Of a stretch of 64,000 nt of DNA, positions 55,223 through 63,517 are shown one piece after another (positions within the stretch are counted from its first letter, which is position 1; every line of letters starts with the position of its first letter). The notes below the pieces were generated by a model. It did no database searches, was not told where the DNA came from, and worked only from the letters and a program-made list of their open reading frames with translations. Made by a program: the position numbers and the translations under genes. Source of the stretch: Candidatus Omnitrophota bacterium (GTDB lineage Bacteria; Omnitrophota; Gorgyraeia; Gygaellales; Profunditerraquicolaceae); the NCBI GenBank assembly GCA_025453395.1, contig JALOQK010000002.1, positions 85,625 through 149,624 on the forward strand. Direction: 5' to 3'.

Positions 55223-55660
55223 GTGATGTTACATCAGGTTGCTAAAAGCACAGTATCAAAAACAGCGCCTTATGAAAAACTCAAGTTTTATCAGGATATT
55301 TGCCAGATTCGCAAGTTAACCTATCAAATAACAGAGAATATTGTTCGTTCACATATGCGTTTAGCTTCTCAGATGAGAGATGCCGCGCGTTCTGCTAAGC
55401 AAAATCTAAGAGAAGGATATCGCAAAGGCACATTAGGAGAATTTATACATAGCATAAAGATAAGTCAGGGGTCTTTAGCAGAGTTAAGTGGCGACATGGA
55501 AGATTGCTTGGAAGACGGTATTATTCAGAAAACTGATTTTGATATTTTTATGAAGCTTTATCGTAGTGCAGACTATATGTCAAATAGGTATTTAATTTCG
55601 TTATATAAGATAGAAAAAGAAGGCACATGGCGCACTTTCGCTAAGCGTAGTGCTAAATAG
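55223..55660 (+). CDS. four-helix-bundle protein (TIGR02436-like), second paralog
   Basis: 145 aa (YEKLKFYQ.., GSLAEL..) of the same family as 53696-54076. Confidence 0.7.
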   Translation: MMLHQVAKSTVSKTAPYEKLKFYQDICQIRKLTYQITENIVRSHMRLASQMRDAARSAKQNLREGYRKGTLGEFIHSIKISQGSLAELSGDMEDCLEDGIIQKTDFDIFMKLYRSADYMSNRYLISLYKIEKEGTWRTFAKRSAK

Positions 55661-55664
55661 TCTT

Positions 55665-55828
55665 CCTGATTGTTGAATATTGTTTTTGCTCTTTGTTTCT
55701 AAGCAACCTCATTTAACATTATGTAACTTTATGCAACCTCATTTAACCTGATTGTTGAATATTGTTTTTGCTCTTTGTTTCTAAGCAACCTCATTTAACA
55801 TCATGTAACTTTATGCAACCTCATTTAA
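55665..55828 (+). repeat. 82 bp direct tandem duplication (2 copies, 1 mismatch) plus a partial third start; each unit contains two GCAACCTCATTTAAC sub-repeats
   Basis: Read directly from the sequence. Confidence 0.95.
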
Positions 55829-55839
55829 CCTGATTTTCT

Positions 55840-56757
55840 ATGAAGATCTCTATTATCGGCGCTGGTAACGTTGGCGGCACCGCAGCTCTTCGCTTAGCGC
55901 AAGAAAATATCGGCGATATTTTCTTGTTTGATATCGCCGAGAACTTAGCCCGCGCCAAGGCCTATGATTTAGCTGACGCGCGGCAGGCCTTGGGCATGGA
56001 TTATCATGTTACCGGCACATCTGATTTTGAACAGCTTAAGAATTCTGATATCGTGGTTATTACTGCAGGCCTTGCGCGCAAACCCGGGATGACCCGTGAG
56101 GACCTAGCCAGTAAAAACGCTTCTATTTTAAAACAAGTTTGCCATAATATCCGTCAGTATTGCCAGCGCGCGGTTGTTGTAGTGGTGACTAATCCATTGG
56201 ATTTAATGACCCGTGTTTGCATAAATTCGCTTAATTTTAAAAAAACAAGTGTGTTAGGCATGGGGTTAACTTTGGATGCTTCGCGTTTTGCAAATCTAAT
56301 CGCCGAGCAATTTAATGTCCCGGTGTCCAAGGTTGTGCCTTGTGTTATCGGAAGCCACGGTGAGGGCATGATGCCGTTAGCAAGATTTACTTTTGTTAAC
56401 GGCACCTGCCTGAAGCAACTGCTTCCTGAAGAGGAAGTAAACCAGCTTATCAGCCGTACCATTGGCCGCGGGGCAGAGATTGTTTCTTTGTATGGTACGG
56501 GAAGCGCTTATTACGCTCCCTCGGCGGCGATAGCAGAGTTGGTCAAGGCTATAGCGCAGGATAAAAGATGCGTTTTGGGAGTATCTTGTTATCTTAACGG
56601 GCAGTATGGGGTAAAGGATGTTTGCGCAGGGCTGCCTTGTGTTATCGGCAAGAATGGCATTGAAGAGATTGTTCAGCTTGATCTTGATCAGAATGAAAAA
56701 GAATCTTTCCTTAAGGCTTGTCAGGGCATAAAAGAGCAGTTTTCTAGAATTCAATAA
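55840..56757 (+). CDS. mdh: malate dehydrogenase (LDH-like MDH family)
   Basis: 305 aa with a GAGNVGG Rossmann motif; Arg in the GLARKPGMTR substrate loop indicates MDH rather than LDH. Confidence 0.82.
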   Translation: MKISIIGAGNVGGTAALRLAQENIGDIFLFDIAENLARAKAYDLADARQALGMDYHVTGTSDFEQLKNSDIVVITAGLARKPGMTREDLASKNASILKQVCHNIRQYCQRAVVVVVTNPLDLMTRVCINSLNFKKTSVLGMGLTLDASRFANLIAEQFNVPVSKVVPCVIGSHGEGMMPLARFTFVNGTCLKQLLPEEEVNQLISRTIGRGAEIVSLYGTGSAYYAPSAAIAELVKAIAQDKRCVLGVSCYLNGQYGVKDVCAGLPCVIGKNGIEEIVQLDLDQNEKESFLKACQGIKEQFSRIQ

Positions 56758-56763
56758 TTCTCT

Positions 56764-58017
56764 ATGGACTATGATTTAATTATTATCGGCGCCGGTTGGG
56801 CGGGATTGACCGCTGCTAAAAAGGCTGTCAAGTCCGGGATGAAAGTCTGCCTGATTGAGAAGGATAAAACAGGCGGTGTCTGCCTTAACCGCGGGTGTAT
56901 TCCTACCAAGGCTTTAATACATTGGGCTAAAATAAATTCTCTTAATTCTAAACCCGTAGATTTTTCCCTTGCCCAGGCGAAAAAGAATAAAATTGTTTCT
57001 CAGCTTGCCGCGGGAGTGCAATTTTCTTTAAAAGGCGTAGACGTTTTAGCTGCTACGGCAAAATTAACCGGCCCCAATAAAGTCCTAGCCGGCGATAAAG
57101 AAATTAGCGCTAAATTCATTCTTGTTTCAACCGGTTCGCTGCCTTTTGAATTGCCGGATTTAAAATTTGCTGCGCCTAAGATTATTTCCAGTGATCAACT
57201 ATTGCAATTGGAGAAGCTGCCCCCGGAAATACTAATTGTGGGAGCCGGGGTGATCGGATGCGAGTTTGCTTCGTTATTCAATCAATTAGGGGTAAAAGTC
57301 ACCCTCGCGGAGAAAATGCCGTTTATCTTGCCTGGGCAGGACGCGCAGATCCAGAAGAAAATAGAAACAACTTTTAAGAAAAAAGGGATCAATGTTTTGA
57401 TTGATGCTGATGTAAAAAGTATGAATTTGGACGGCTATTCTTTGATAGCTGTCTGCGTGGGTAGAGTTGCTAATGTTTCCCTCCAGGGCGCTCAAGAGGT
57501 CGGATTAAAGATCCAGAAGCAGGGATTCGCAGTGGATGAATATTTACGCACGACTGTGCCCAATATTTTTGCCGCTGGAGACTGCACCGGAAAGATTATG
57601 CTTGCGCATTATGCTTCTTATCAGGCAGAAGTGGCAGTGGATAATATGCTGGGGGCTAATAGAAAAGCCGATAATCCTTATGTGCCCAATTGCATTTTTA
57701 CCGATCCTTTGATTGCGAGCGTTGGCTTAACTGAAGAAGAGGCGATGAAGCGGGCAGTGGATACGGTTATGCACAAGTTTGATTTTATGGCTTCGGGCAT
57801 GGCCAGAGTGATGGATGCCGCCGAAGGTTTTATAAAGATTATTTCTGATAAAGCAAGTGGCAAGATCTTAGGCGCCAGCATGATCGGGCCGGAAGTTACC
57901 GAGCTTATATCTGTTATTACTGTGGCAGCTTCCAACGGTTTGACCGTAAAACAGCTTAAGGAAACTATTTTTGCTCATCCGACTTTGAGTGAATCTATCC
58001 GCGAGGCGTTAGAATAA
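56764..58017 (+). CDS. lpdA: dihydrolipoyl dehydrogenase (E3) / pyridine nucleotide-disulfide oxidoreductase
   Basis: 417 aa with the redox-active CLNRGC site and a C-terminal HPTLSE dimerisation motif. Confidence 0.8.
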   Translation: MDYDLIIIGAGWAGLTAAKKAVKSGMKVCLIEKDKTGGVCLNRGCIPTKALIHWAKINSLNSKPVDFSLAQAKKNKIVSQLAAGVQFSLKGVDVLAATAKLTGPNKVLAGDKEISAKFILVSTGSLPFELPDLKFAAPKIISSDQLLQLEKLPPEILIVGAGVIGCEFASLFNQLGVKVTLAEKMPFILPGQDAQIQKKIETTFKKKGINVLIDADVKSMNLDGYSLIAVCVGRVANVSLQGAQEVGLKIQKQGFAVDEYLRTTVPNIFAAGDCTGKIMLAHYASYQAEVAVDNMLGANRKADNPYVPNCIFTDPLIASVGLTEEEAMKRAVDTVMHKFDFMASGMARVMDAAEGFIKIISDKASGKILGASMIGPEVTELISVITVAASNGLTVKQLKETIFAHPTLSESIREALE

Positions 58018-58034
58018 GAGAGAGAGGACTTGTT

Positions 58035-58265
58035 ATGATTGAAGTTAAACTTCCAGAGTTGGGCGAGGGGATCAAGCAGGCTACAGTTTCTTACTGGTTT
58101 TTTCAGGAAGGGCAAGCTGTAAAAGAAAAAGAAGAATTAGTTGAACTTACTACCGACAAAGCCACTTTTAATCTTCCCAGTCCGGCAAGCGGAGTATTAA
58201 AACAGGTGCTTATTAAGGAAGGCGAAACCATCGCCATCGGCACCGTCTTGGCAATAATATCGTAG
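58035..58265 (+). CDS. free-standing lipoyl/biotinyl attachment domain protein (resembles an E2 N-terminal lipoyl domain; possibly a truncated E2)
   Basis: 76 aa with the lipoyl-lysine motif TDKAT; the stop codon lies inside the left terminal inverted repeat of the downstream element. Confidence 0.7.
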   Translation: MIEVKLPELGEGIKQATVSYWFFQEGQAVKEKEELVELTTDKATFNLPSPASGVLKQVLIKEGETIAIGTVLAIIS

Positions 58266-58506
58266 ACGCTTTAGCTAACCCCATGTAGCACAATAACTTA
58301 TGAAACAAATACGCCATAGAAAAGGGGCACTTTGCCTTTCTGCCCCGAAAGGGCGCACTTGGCATTCATTTTTGCCAAGGTGCAATAGGCAAAGGTGCGT
58401 CCCAGTAATTAGCGTACTTTGCCTTCCTGTGATTTTAGTTTTTTAAACCCTACCCATATTTGTTTTGTAATCTTTTGTGTGGCATAGTATTAGCTAAAGC
58501 GTCTAC
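58263..58506. mobile_element. 244 bp element bounded by perfect 17 bp inverted repeats (GTAGACGCTTTAGCTAA / TTAGCTAAAGCGTCTAC) with an internal ~80 nt GC-rich extended hairpin (58324-58403); MITE or structured ncRNA
   Basis: Inverted repeats and nested complementary blocks (GGGGCACTTTGCC..GGCAAAGGTGCGTCCC; GCGCACTTGGCA..TGCCAAGGTGCA) read from the sequence. Confidence 0.55.
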
Positions 58507-58521
58507 AATGAATTATTTTAC

Positions 58522-58550
58522 TTGACAAGGGATTATTTGTTTGGTATATG
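58522..58550 (+). promoter_or_regulatory. sigma70-like promoter TTGACA-17-(TGg)TATATG upstream of the HTH/ACP/reductase genes
   Basis: Perfect -35 and an extended -10 read from the sequence. Confidence 0.5.
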
Positions 58551-58580
58551 TAGGATTAGTTAAGATATGTTAAAAGAGGT

Positions 58581-58817
58581 GTGGATATGAAAGAGAAGAA
58601 AAGCAAAGAAATTATGACCGCAAAAGATGTGGCAGATTATCTGGGATTGCATCCTTTGACTGTGCACCGTTACGCCCGCCAGGGTAAAATTCCCGCGTTT
58701 AAGATCGGCACTGATTGGAGATTTCACCGTAAGTATATTGAGCGCTGGATCAAGGAAAAGTTGACTTGTCAGGCTAGGGCCCAAGTTGTACTCAACACAG
58801 AAAAACCGCAATCATAA
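58581..58817 (+). CDS. excisionase-family helix-turn-helix DNA-binding protein (likely ATG start at 58587)
   Basis: TAKDVADYLGLHPLTVHRYARQGKIPAFKIGTDWRF matches the Xis/MerR-like HTH_17 pattern. Confidence 0.7.
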   Translation: MDMKEKKSKEIMTAKDVADYLGLHPLTVHRYARQGKIPAFKIGTDWRFHRKYIERWIKEKLTCQARAQVVLNTEKPQS

Positions 58818-58842
58818 TTATATTTTTTAAGGAGGCTTATGC

Positions 58843-59094
58843 ATGGCAAAAAACATTGAAGAAATAAAGAAGGAAACGAGGAAGCTGGTAGCTGAAATAA
58901 CCGAGCGGCCGGAGGATGAGCTTAAAGACGAAAGCCGCTTTGTGGAAGATTTAGGCATAGACAGTATGATGGCCCTTGAGATTGTGGCAAGCCTTGAGAA
59001 AAAATATAAAATCGTTATCCCCGAAGAAGAAATCCCAAACGTGCGTTCCCTTGTCAACGTCTTTGCCATGCTGGAGAAGTTAATCAAAGCGTGA
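58843..59094 (+). CDS. acyl carrier protein
   Basis: 83 aa with the phosphopantetheine attachment motif LGIDSMMALEI. Confidence 0.85.
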   Translation: MAKNIEEIKKETRKLVAEITERPEDELKDESRFVEDLGIDSMMALEIVASLEKKYKIVIPEEEIPNVRSLVNVFAMLEKLIKA

Positions 59095-60134
59095 TGAAGA
59101 AAAAAGTTTTCCTTACCGGCGCAACCGGGCTTGTCGGCTCATACCTTGCCAAAATTCTTCTTTCCGAAGGCCATAAAATCATCGCTTTGGCCCGCTTCGC
59201 TTCAAATAAAAATCCCCCACAGAGAGTAAAAGAAGCTTTAAATTTATGGGGACAAATTGCCCTTGATAATCTTGAAGTTTTAGAAGGGGATATCTGCCTT
59301 GCGGATTTAGGATTAGACAAAAAATCCCGCGCGCGTTTAGATAAAATTCAGGAAATCTTCCACTGTGCGGCAATTACCGATTTAAATCTTCCCATAGAGA
59401 AACTGCGTCAAACCAATGTCACCGGCACAAAAAACATTCTGGAGTTGTCTTTATCGCTTAAGAAAAAATCCAAGCTTGAAAGAACCAGCCACATAAGTAC
59501 CGCCTATGTCTATGGAAATTATGCTGGCACCTTTACCGAGAAAGATTTAGATAAAGGCCAAAGTTTTCCCACCAATTACGAAAAATCCAAATTTGAAGCT
59601 GAGATTTTAGCCTATGATTACCGCAGGCAGGGCCTTTGGGTTGATATTTACCGGCCATCCATGGTTATCGGAGATTCCACAACCGGCCGCATTTTTGAAT
59701 CCAAACATATGTATCAGCTCTTGAAACTTTGTTCGCTTGAGATTTTTCCAGAGTTTCCCCTGAAAAATTCCTGGGCAAGCCTTGTCCCGGTAGATCTAAC
59801 CTGTCAGGCGATTTATATTTTATGGTCGCGCCACCAAAAACCAAATTGCACATTTCACCCGTTTCCGGCGCGCTTGGTGTCAATAGAGCAGATGCTTGAT
59901 ATCGCGGGAGAGATCATGGGTTTTAAGCCTCCTAAAGTTGTAAGTTTAGAGCAATTTAAGCCGGTTAATCTTACTCCGGCACAGCGCAAAATATTGCAGG
60001 AAACCATCTTTAACATAAATTTCCACACCGGCCTGGATTCAACTTACACCAATAATCTTCTTCAAGGTTACGGTTTTACCATGCCGGAAGTGGATGAAAA
60101 GATGCTTCGCGTGATCTTAGCGAAGAGCGCTTGA
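59091..60134 (+). CDS. NAD(P)-dependent epimerase/dehydratase-family (extended SDR; thioester-reductase-like) protein, ATGA-coupled to the ACP gene
   Basis: 347 aa with TGATGLVGSYL Rossmann and YxxxK catalytic motifs. Confidence 0.75.
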   Translation: MMKKKVFLTGATGLVGSYLAKILLSEGHKIIALARFASNKNPPQRVKEALNLWGQIALDNLEVLEGDICLADLGLDKKSRARLDKIQEIFHCAAITDLNLPIEKLRQTNVTGTKNILELSLSLKKKSKLERTSHISTAYVYGNYAGTFTEKDLDKGQSFPTNYEKSKFEAEILAYDYRRQGLWVDIYRPSMVIGDSTTGRIFESKHMYQLLKLCSLEIFPEFPLKNSWASLVPVDLTCQAIYILWSRHQKPNCTFHPFPARLVSIEQMLDIAGEIMGFKPPKVVSLEQFKPVNLTPAQRKILQETIFNINFHTGLDSTYTNNLLQGYGFTMPEVDEKMLRVILAKSA

Positions 60135-60195
60135 CAAAATAACAGCAGGAATATATAATTAACATTAATGTTAACAATGTATCCCCAGCTATATT

Positions 60196-60783
60196 ATGCA
60201 TTATTTACAGCTTAGCAAGTTAAATAAGAAGCCTTATTTTGATATAGGCCAAATAGCCGATACCTTAGGGATTACGAAGCCTTCGGCGCGGGTTATTGCC
60301 AGCCGTTATGTAAAACAAGGGATACTAATTAGGCTCAAAAACAATTGTTATGTTACTTCCGAGCGCTGGCAGGCGCTTGATTCAATGGCTTTGTTTTCTC
60401 TTGCCAATATCCTGCAGGTGCCTTCGTATATATCATTTCTTTCTGCTTTAGGCTTTCATGAAATATCTACCCAGGTTGCGCGTGGCGTTATTGAAAGTGT
60501 TTCTCTTAAGCGTTCCCGTTCTATCCGTGTAAAAGAGCAAGAATTTGTTTATTATAAACTTAGGAAAAAACATTATTTCGGTTTTCATAAGAAAGATGGT
60601 ATTTTTATGGCAACTGCCGAAAAGGCGCTTGCCGACGCTTGTTATCTTTATTCATTAAACCGTTATGCGCTTGATTTTTCCGCGCTTAACCTTTCCCGTT
60701 TAAATAAGCGCGAATTATCAGGTGTCATCAGGCATTACCCAAAACGTACGCAGCAGATAGTGAAAAAAATATGCAAGATTTAA
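60196..60783 (+). CDS. AbiEi-like antitoxin/transcriptional regulator (type IV TA / abortive infection)
   Basis: 195 aa with an N-terminal wHTH-like region; overlaps the downstream AbiEii-family gene by 13 nt. Confidence 0.5.
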   Translation: MHYLQLSKLNKKPYFDIGQIADTLGITKPSARVIASRYVKQGILIRLKNNCYVTSERWQALDSMALFSLANILQVPSYISFLSALGFHEISTQVARGVIESVSLKRSRSIRVKEQEFVYYKLRKKHYFGFHKKDGIFMATAEKALADACYLYSLNRYALDFSALNLSRLNKRELSGVIRHYPKRTQQIVKKICKI

Positions 60784-61439
60784 TTAAGCAGGAACAATTT
60801 GAGTTAGAGGTATTGGATAAGTTAAATACCGCGCGCCTGTTGAATAAACTTATTTTCTGCGGCGGCACGATGCTTAGGCTTTGTTATGGGCTCCAGAGAT
60901 TTTCTGTAGATCTTGATTTTTGGCTGGCGCGCAAGGTCTCCCACGCGAAACTTTTTAAAGAATTAAAAGATATTCTATCCGCTTCCTATACAATAAGAGA
61001 TAGTGCTAATAAATTTCACACTATTCTTTTTGAAATTAAATCAAGCCGTTATCCGCGCGCGCTAAAGATCGAAGTGCGAAAACAGGCAAGAAAGGTAAAA
61101 GCCGATACTGCCATTGCCTATAGCCAATATTCTAATACTCAAGTATTTCTTAAAGTTCTGTCTTTGCAAGATATGATGCGCAATAAGGCAGAAGCTTTCC
61201 TAAGCCGTAAAGAAGCCCGGGATATCTTTGATATGGAGTTTTTGTTTAAGAAGGGGATTTTGTTGGGGATCCCTAAGAAGGATATCGGCAAGATACTTTC
61301 TACCCTTGATGCGTTGACAAAGAAAGATTATCAGGTAAAATTAGGTGCGCTACTTTTGCCCGAACAGCGCGCCTATTACACAAAAGAAAATTTTAAGATT
61401 TTAAGAATGGCGTTAGAGGAGCGTATTTCTTCCATATAA
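60771..61439 (+). CDS. nucleotidyltransferase AbiEii/AbiGii toxin family protein
   Basis: 222 aa; CGGTMLRLCYGLQRFSVDLDFW matches the family's GG..DxD nucleotidyltransferase signature. Confidence 0.72.
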   Translation: MQDLIKQEQFELEVLDKLNTARLLNKLIFCGGTMLRLCYGLQRFSVDLDFWLARKVSHAKLFKELKDILSASYTIRDSANKFHTILFEIKSSRYPRALKIEVRKQARKVKADTAIAYSQYSNTQVFLKVLSLQDMMRNKAEAFLSRKEARDIFDMEFLFKKGILLGIPKKDIGKILSTLDALTKKDYQVKLGALLLPEQRAYYTKENFKILRMALEERISSI

Positions 61440-61440
61440 T

Positions 61441-62043
61441 ATGCAAAATACATTTTCCGAACAGCTTCTAGATTTGATTAAACAGCGCGCCAGTATCCGC
61501 CGCTACCAAGATAAGCCTGTGCCTAAGGAGATTTTGGATAAAATTATTGAGGCAGGCATTTGGGGGCCGTCTTTGATGGCTCCGGGATTTCAGCCGTGGA
61601 AATTTGTAGTTATACAGGATGCCGGCAAGATCAAGAAATTATCCGAGATTATGTTTGTCAAATCCAAACAATTAGGCGCTGGAGCAAATGTTATTACACG
61701 AATAAGCGCAGAAACAATTGCAAGTGCTAAAGTATTGGTGGTAATTTATAATTGTTCTGCAGTTGTTTCTTTTGTTAAAAGAATTAACGAGGATTATATG
61801 AAAATGGCTAGACAAGCTGAAATTGCAGCTATTTCAGCAGTTATACAAAATATGATTCTAGTCGCAGAAGGATTTGGCTTGGGTTCTTGTTGGCTTGATA
61901 CGCCTTTATTTTGTAAAGATGGAATAAATGAATTTGTTAAGCCTGAGGGTGAACTTGTGGCAATGCTTACTTTGGGTTATCCGGCAGAAAAAGGTAAAAG
62001 ATGCAAAAGAAAGCCGCTAAGTGAGTCAGTCATCTATGAGTAA
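61441..62043 (+). CDS. nitroreductase family protein
   Basis: 200 aa with a nitroreductase fold (RRYQDKPVPKEIL.., GLGSCW); base composition shifts within the gene at ~61680. Confidence 0.8.
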   Translation: MQNTFSEQLLDLIKQRASIRRYQDKPVPKEILDKIIEAGIWGPSLMAPGFQPWKFVVIQDAGKIKKLSEIMFVKSKQLGAGANVITRISAETIASAKVLVVIYNCSAVVSFVKRINEDYMKMARQAEIAAISAVIQNMILVAEGFGLGSCWLDTPLFCKDGINEFVKPEGELVAMLTLGYPAEKGKRCKRKPLSESVIYE

Positions 62044-62061
62044 GAAAGAGAGTCTTTTGAA

Positions 62062-63516
62062 ATGAACGAAAAATATGATGTAGTGATTATTGGGGCTGGG
62101 ATTGGGGGGCTTGTCTGCGGATGCTATCTGGCTAAAGCAGGGTTAAAGGTTATGATTGTAGAGCAGCATGATAAGCCGGGGGGCTATTGTACTTCTTTCC
62201 AGAGAAAAGGCTACACTTTTGATGCTGGAGGACATTATTTGGGTGGCATTAGAAATGGCATGCTTGGGAAAGTATTAACTGAAATAGGTGTTATGGACGT
62301 TATGAAGTTTAATCAGTTTAATCCGGTTGACACAATTATTTTTCCCGATTCCTCTGTTCATATTTATGCTGATATTGAAGATACAATAATGGATATGCAA
62401 AAAGTTTTTCCAAAAGAAAAGAATAATATTACTAATTTTTTTAAGTTTATACTCGACAAAGATTTTCTTTCGATTTACAAAAAGATTAAGAGGTTAAGTT
62501 TTCAATTAGTTTTAGATGAATACTTTGAAGATAATAGATTAAAAGCTAAGTTTGAAGTTTTGCTAGGGGGGCTAGGCTTACCTTCTGATAAAGTGTCTGC
62601 TGTTAGTGCGACACTTCTTTTCAGGGAAACAGTATGTGATCCAGGTTGGTATCCTAAGAAAGGATTGCAATCATTTCCTGATTTGCTATCCGATATCATA
62701 AGAAGCAATGGTGGTAAGATTATTTTCGGTAAGAAAGTTGCTAAAATATTATGTGAGAACAATGAGGCAAAAGGAGTTGTCTTAAATGATGGCGTTAAAT
62801 TCTTATCCAATGCTGTTATTTCAAACGCTGATGCGATACAAACTTTTACTAAGCTTATTGATTTGGAGAGTAAAGAAAAACAACTAGGAATAGATTACAT
62901 TATTTCTCCTTCTGCTTTTTTTGTTTATCTGGGCTTAAAAGATGGGGTTGAGAAAATAATAAAATCTCCTTCTAATATGCTGATTTTCTCGGATTATGAC
63001 TTAAAGAAGTATTACTGTAATTTTGATCATTTTGCAATAGATAATGAATTAATAAAATATGTTGTTTGTATTTTCTCATCTTTGCATTCGGGAGATAATA
63101 AAATAAAACGTGCTATGGAATTGTTCACAATAGTTCCGTTTAAGAGTGATGATTTCTGGAAAAGACACAGAGTATCTTTTATGGATGGCATGCTTGATTT
63201 TACTATTCGCAACATAGCTGGTTTAAGAGATTATATAGATATTAAGTTTAATGCCACACCAAGCACTTTTCATAAATATACTTTAAATAGTGATGGAGCT
63301 GCTTATGGTTGGGCTTCTACTCCTAATTTGATTACAAAGCCAATTTTTATGAGTCGTAGTTCTATAAGGAAACTATATTTAGCTGGACATTGGTGTAATG
63401 GTGGCTTGTGTCAAGGTGGAGTTCCGCAAGTAGCTGTTATGGGAAGGACAACAGCGCGCTCTGTAATTGAGGATGCTGGATTAAAATGGCAGTATAAATA
63501 TAATTTACTAATCTAA
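62062..63516 (+). CDS. FAD-dependent oxidoreductase of the phytoene desaturase (CrtI)/amine-oxidase family
   Basis: 484 aa with an N-terminal VVIIGAGIGGL..E..GG dinucleotide-binding motif; AT-rich. Confidence 0.75.
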   Translation: MNEKYDVVIIGAGIGGLVCGCYLAKAGLKVMIVEQHDKPGGYCTSFQRKGYTFDAGGHYLGGIRNGMLGKVLTEIGVMDVMKFNQFNPVDTIIFPDSSVHIYADIEDTIMDMQKVFPKEKNNITNFFKFILDKDFLSIYKKIKRLSFQLVLDEYFEDNRLKAKFEVLLGGLGLPSDKVSAVSATLLFRETVCDPGWYPKKGLQSFPDLLSDIIRSNGGKIIFGKKVAKILCENNEAKGVVLNDGVKFLSNAVISNADAIQTFTKLIDLESKEKQLGIDYIISPSAFFVYLGLKDGVEKIIKSPSNMLIFSDYDLKKYYCNFDHFAIDNELIKYVVCIFSSLHSGDNKIKRAMELFTIVPFKSDDFWKRHRVSFMDGMLDFTIRNIAGLRDYIDIKFNATPSTFHKYTLNSDGAAYGWASTPNLITKPIFMSRSSIRKLYLAGHWCNGGLCQGGVPQVAVMGRTTARSVIEDAGLKWQYKYNLLI

Positions 63517-63517
63517 T

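Noticed and set aside
58280-58490. Known housekeeping ncRNA (SRP RNA, tmRNA, RNase P RNA, 6S) inside the inverted-repeat-bounded element
   Set aside because: None of the signature motifs I can recognise by eye (SRP domain IV GGAA/AGCAGCC, tmRNA tag ORF, RNase P P4 regions) are present; left as an unclassified structured element.
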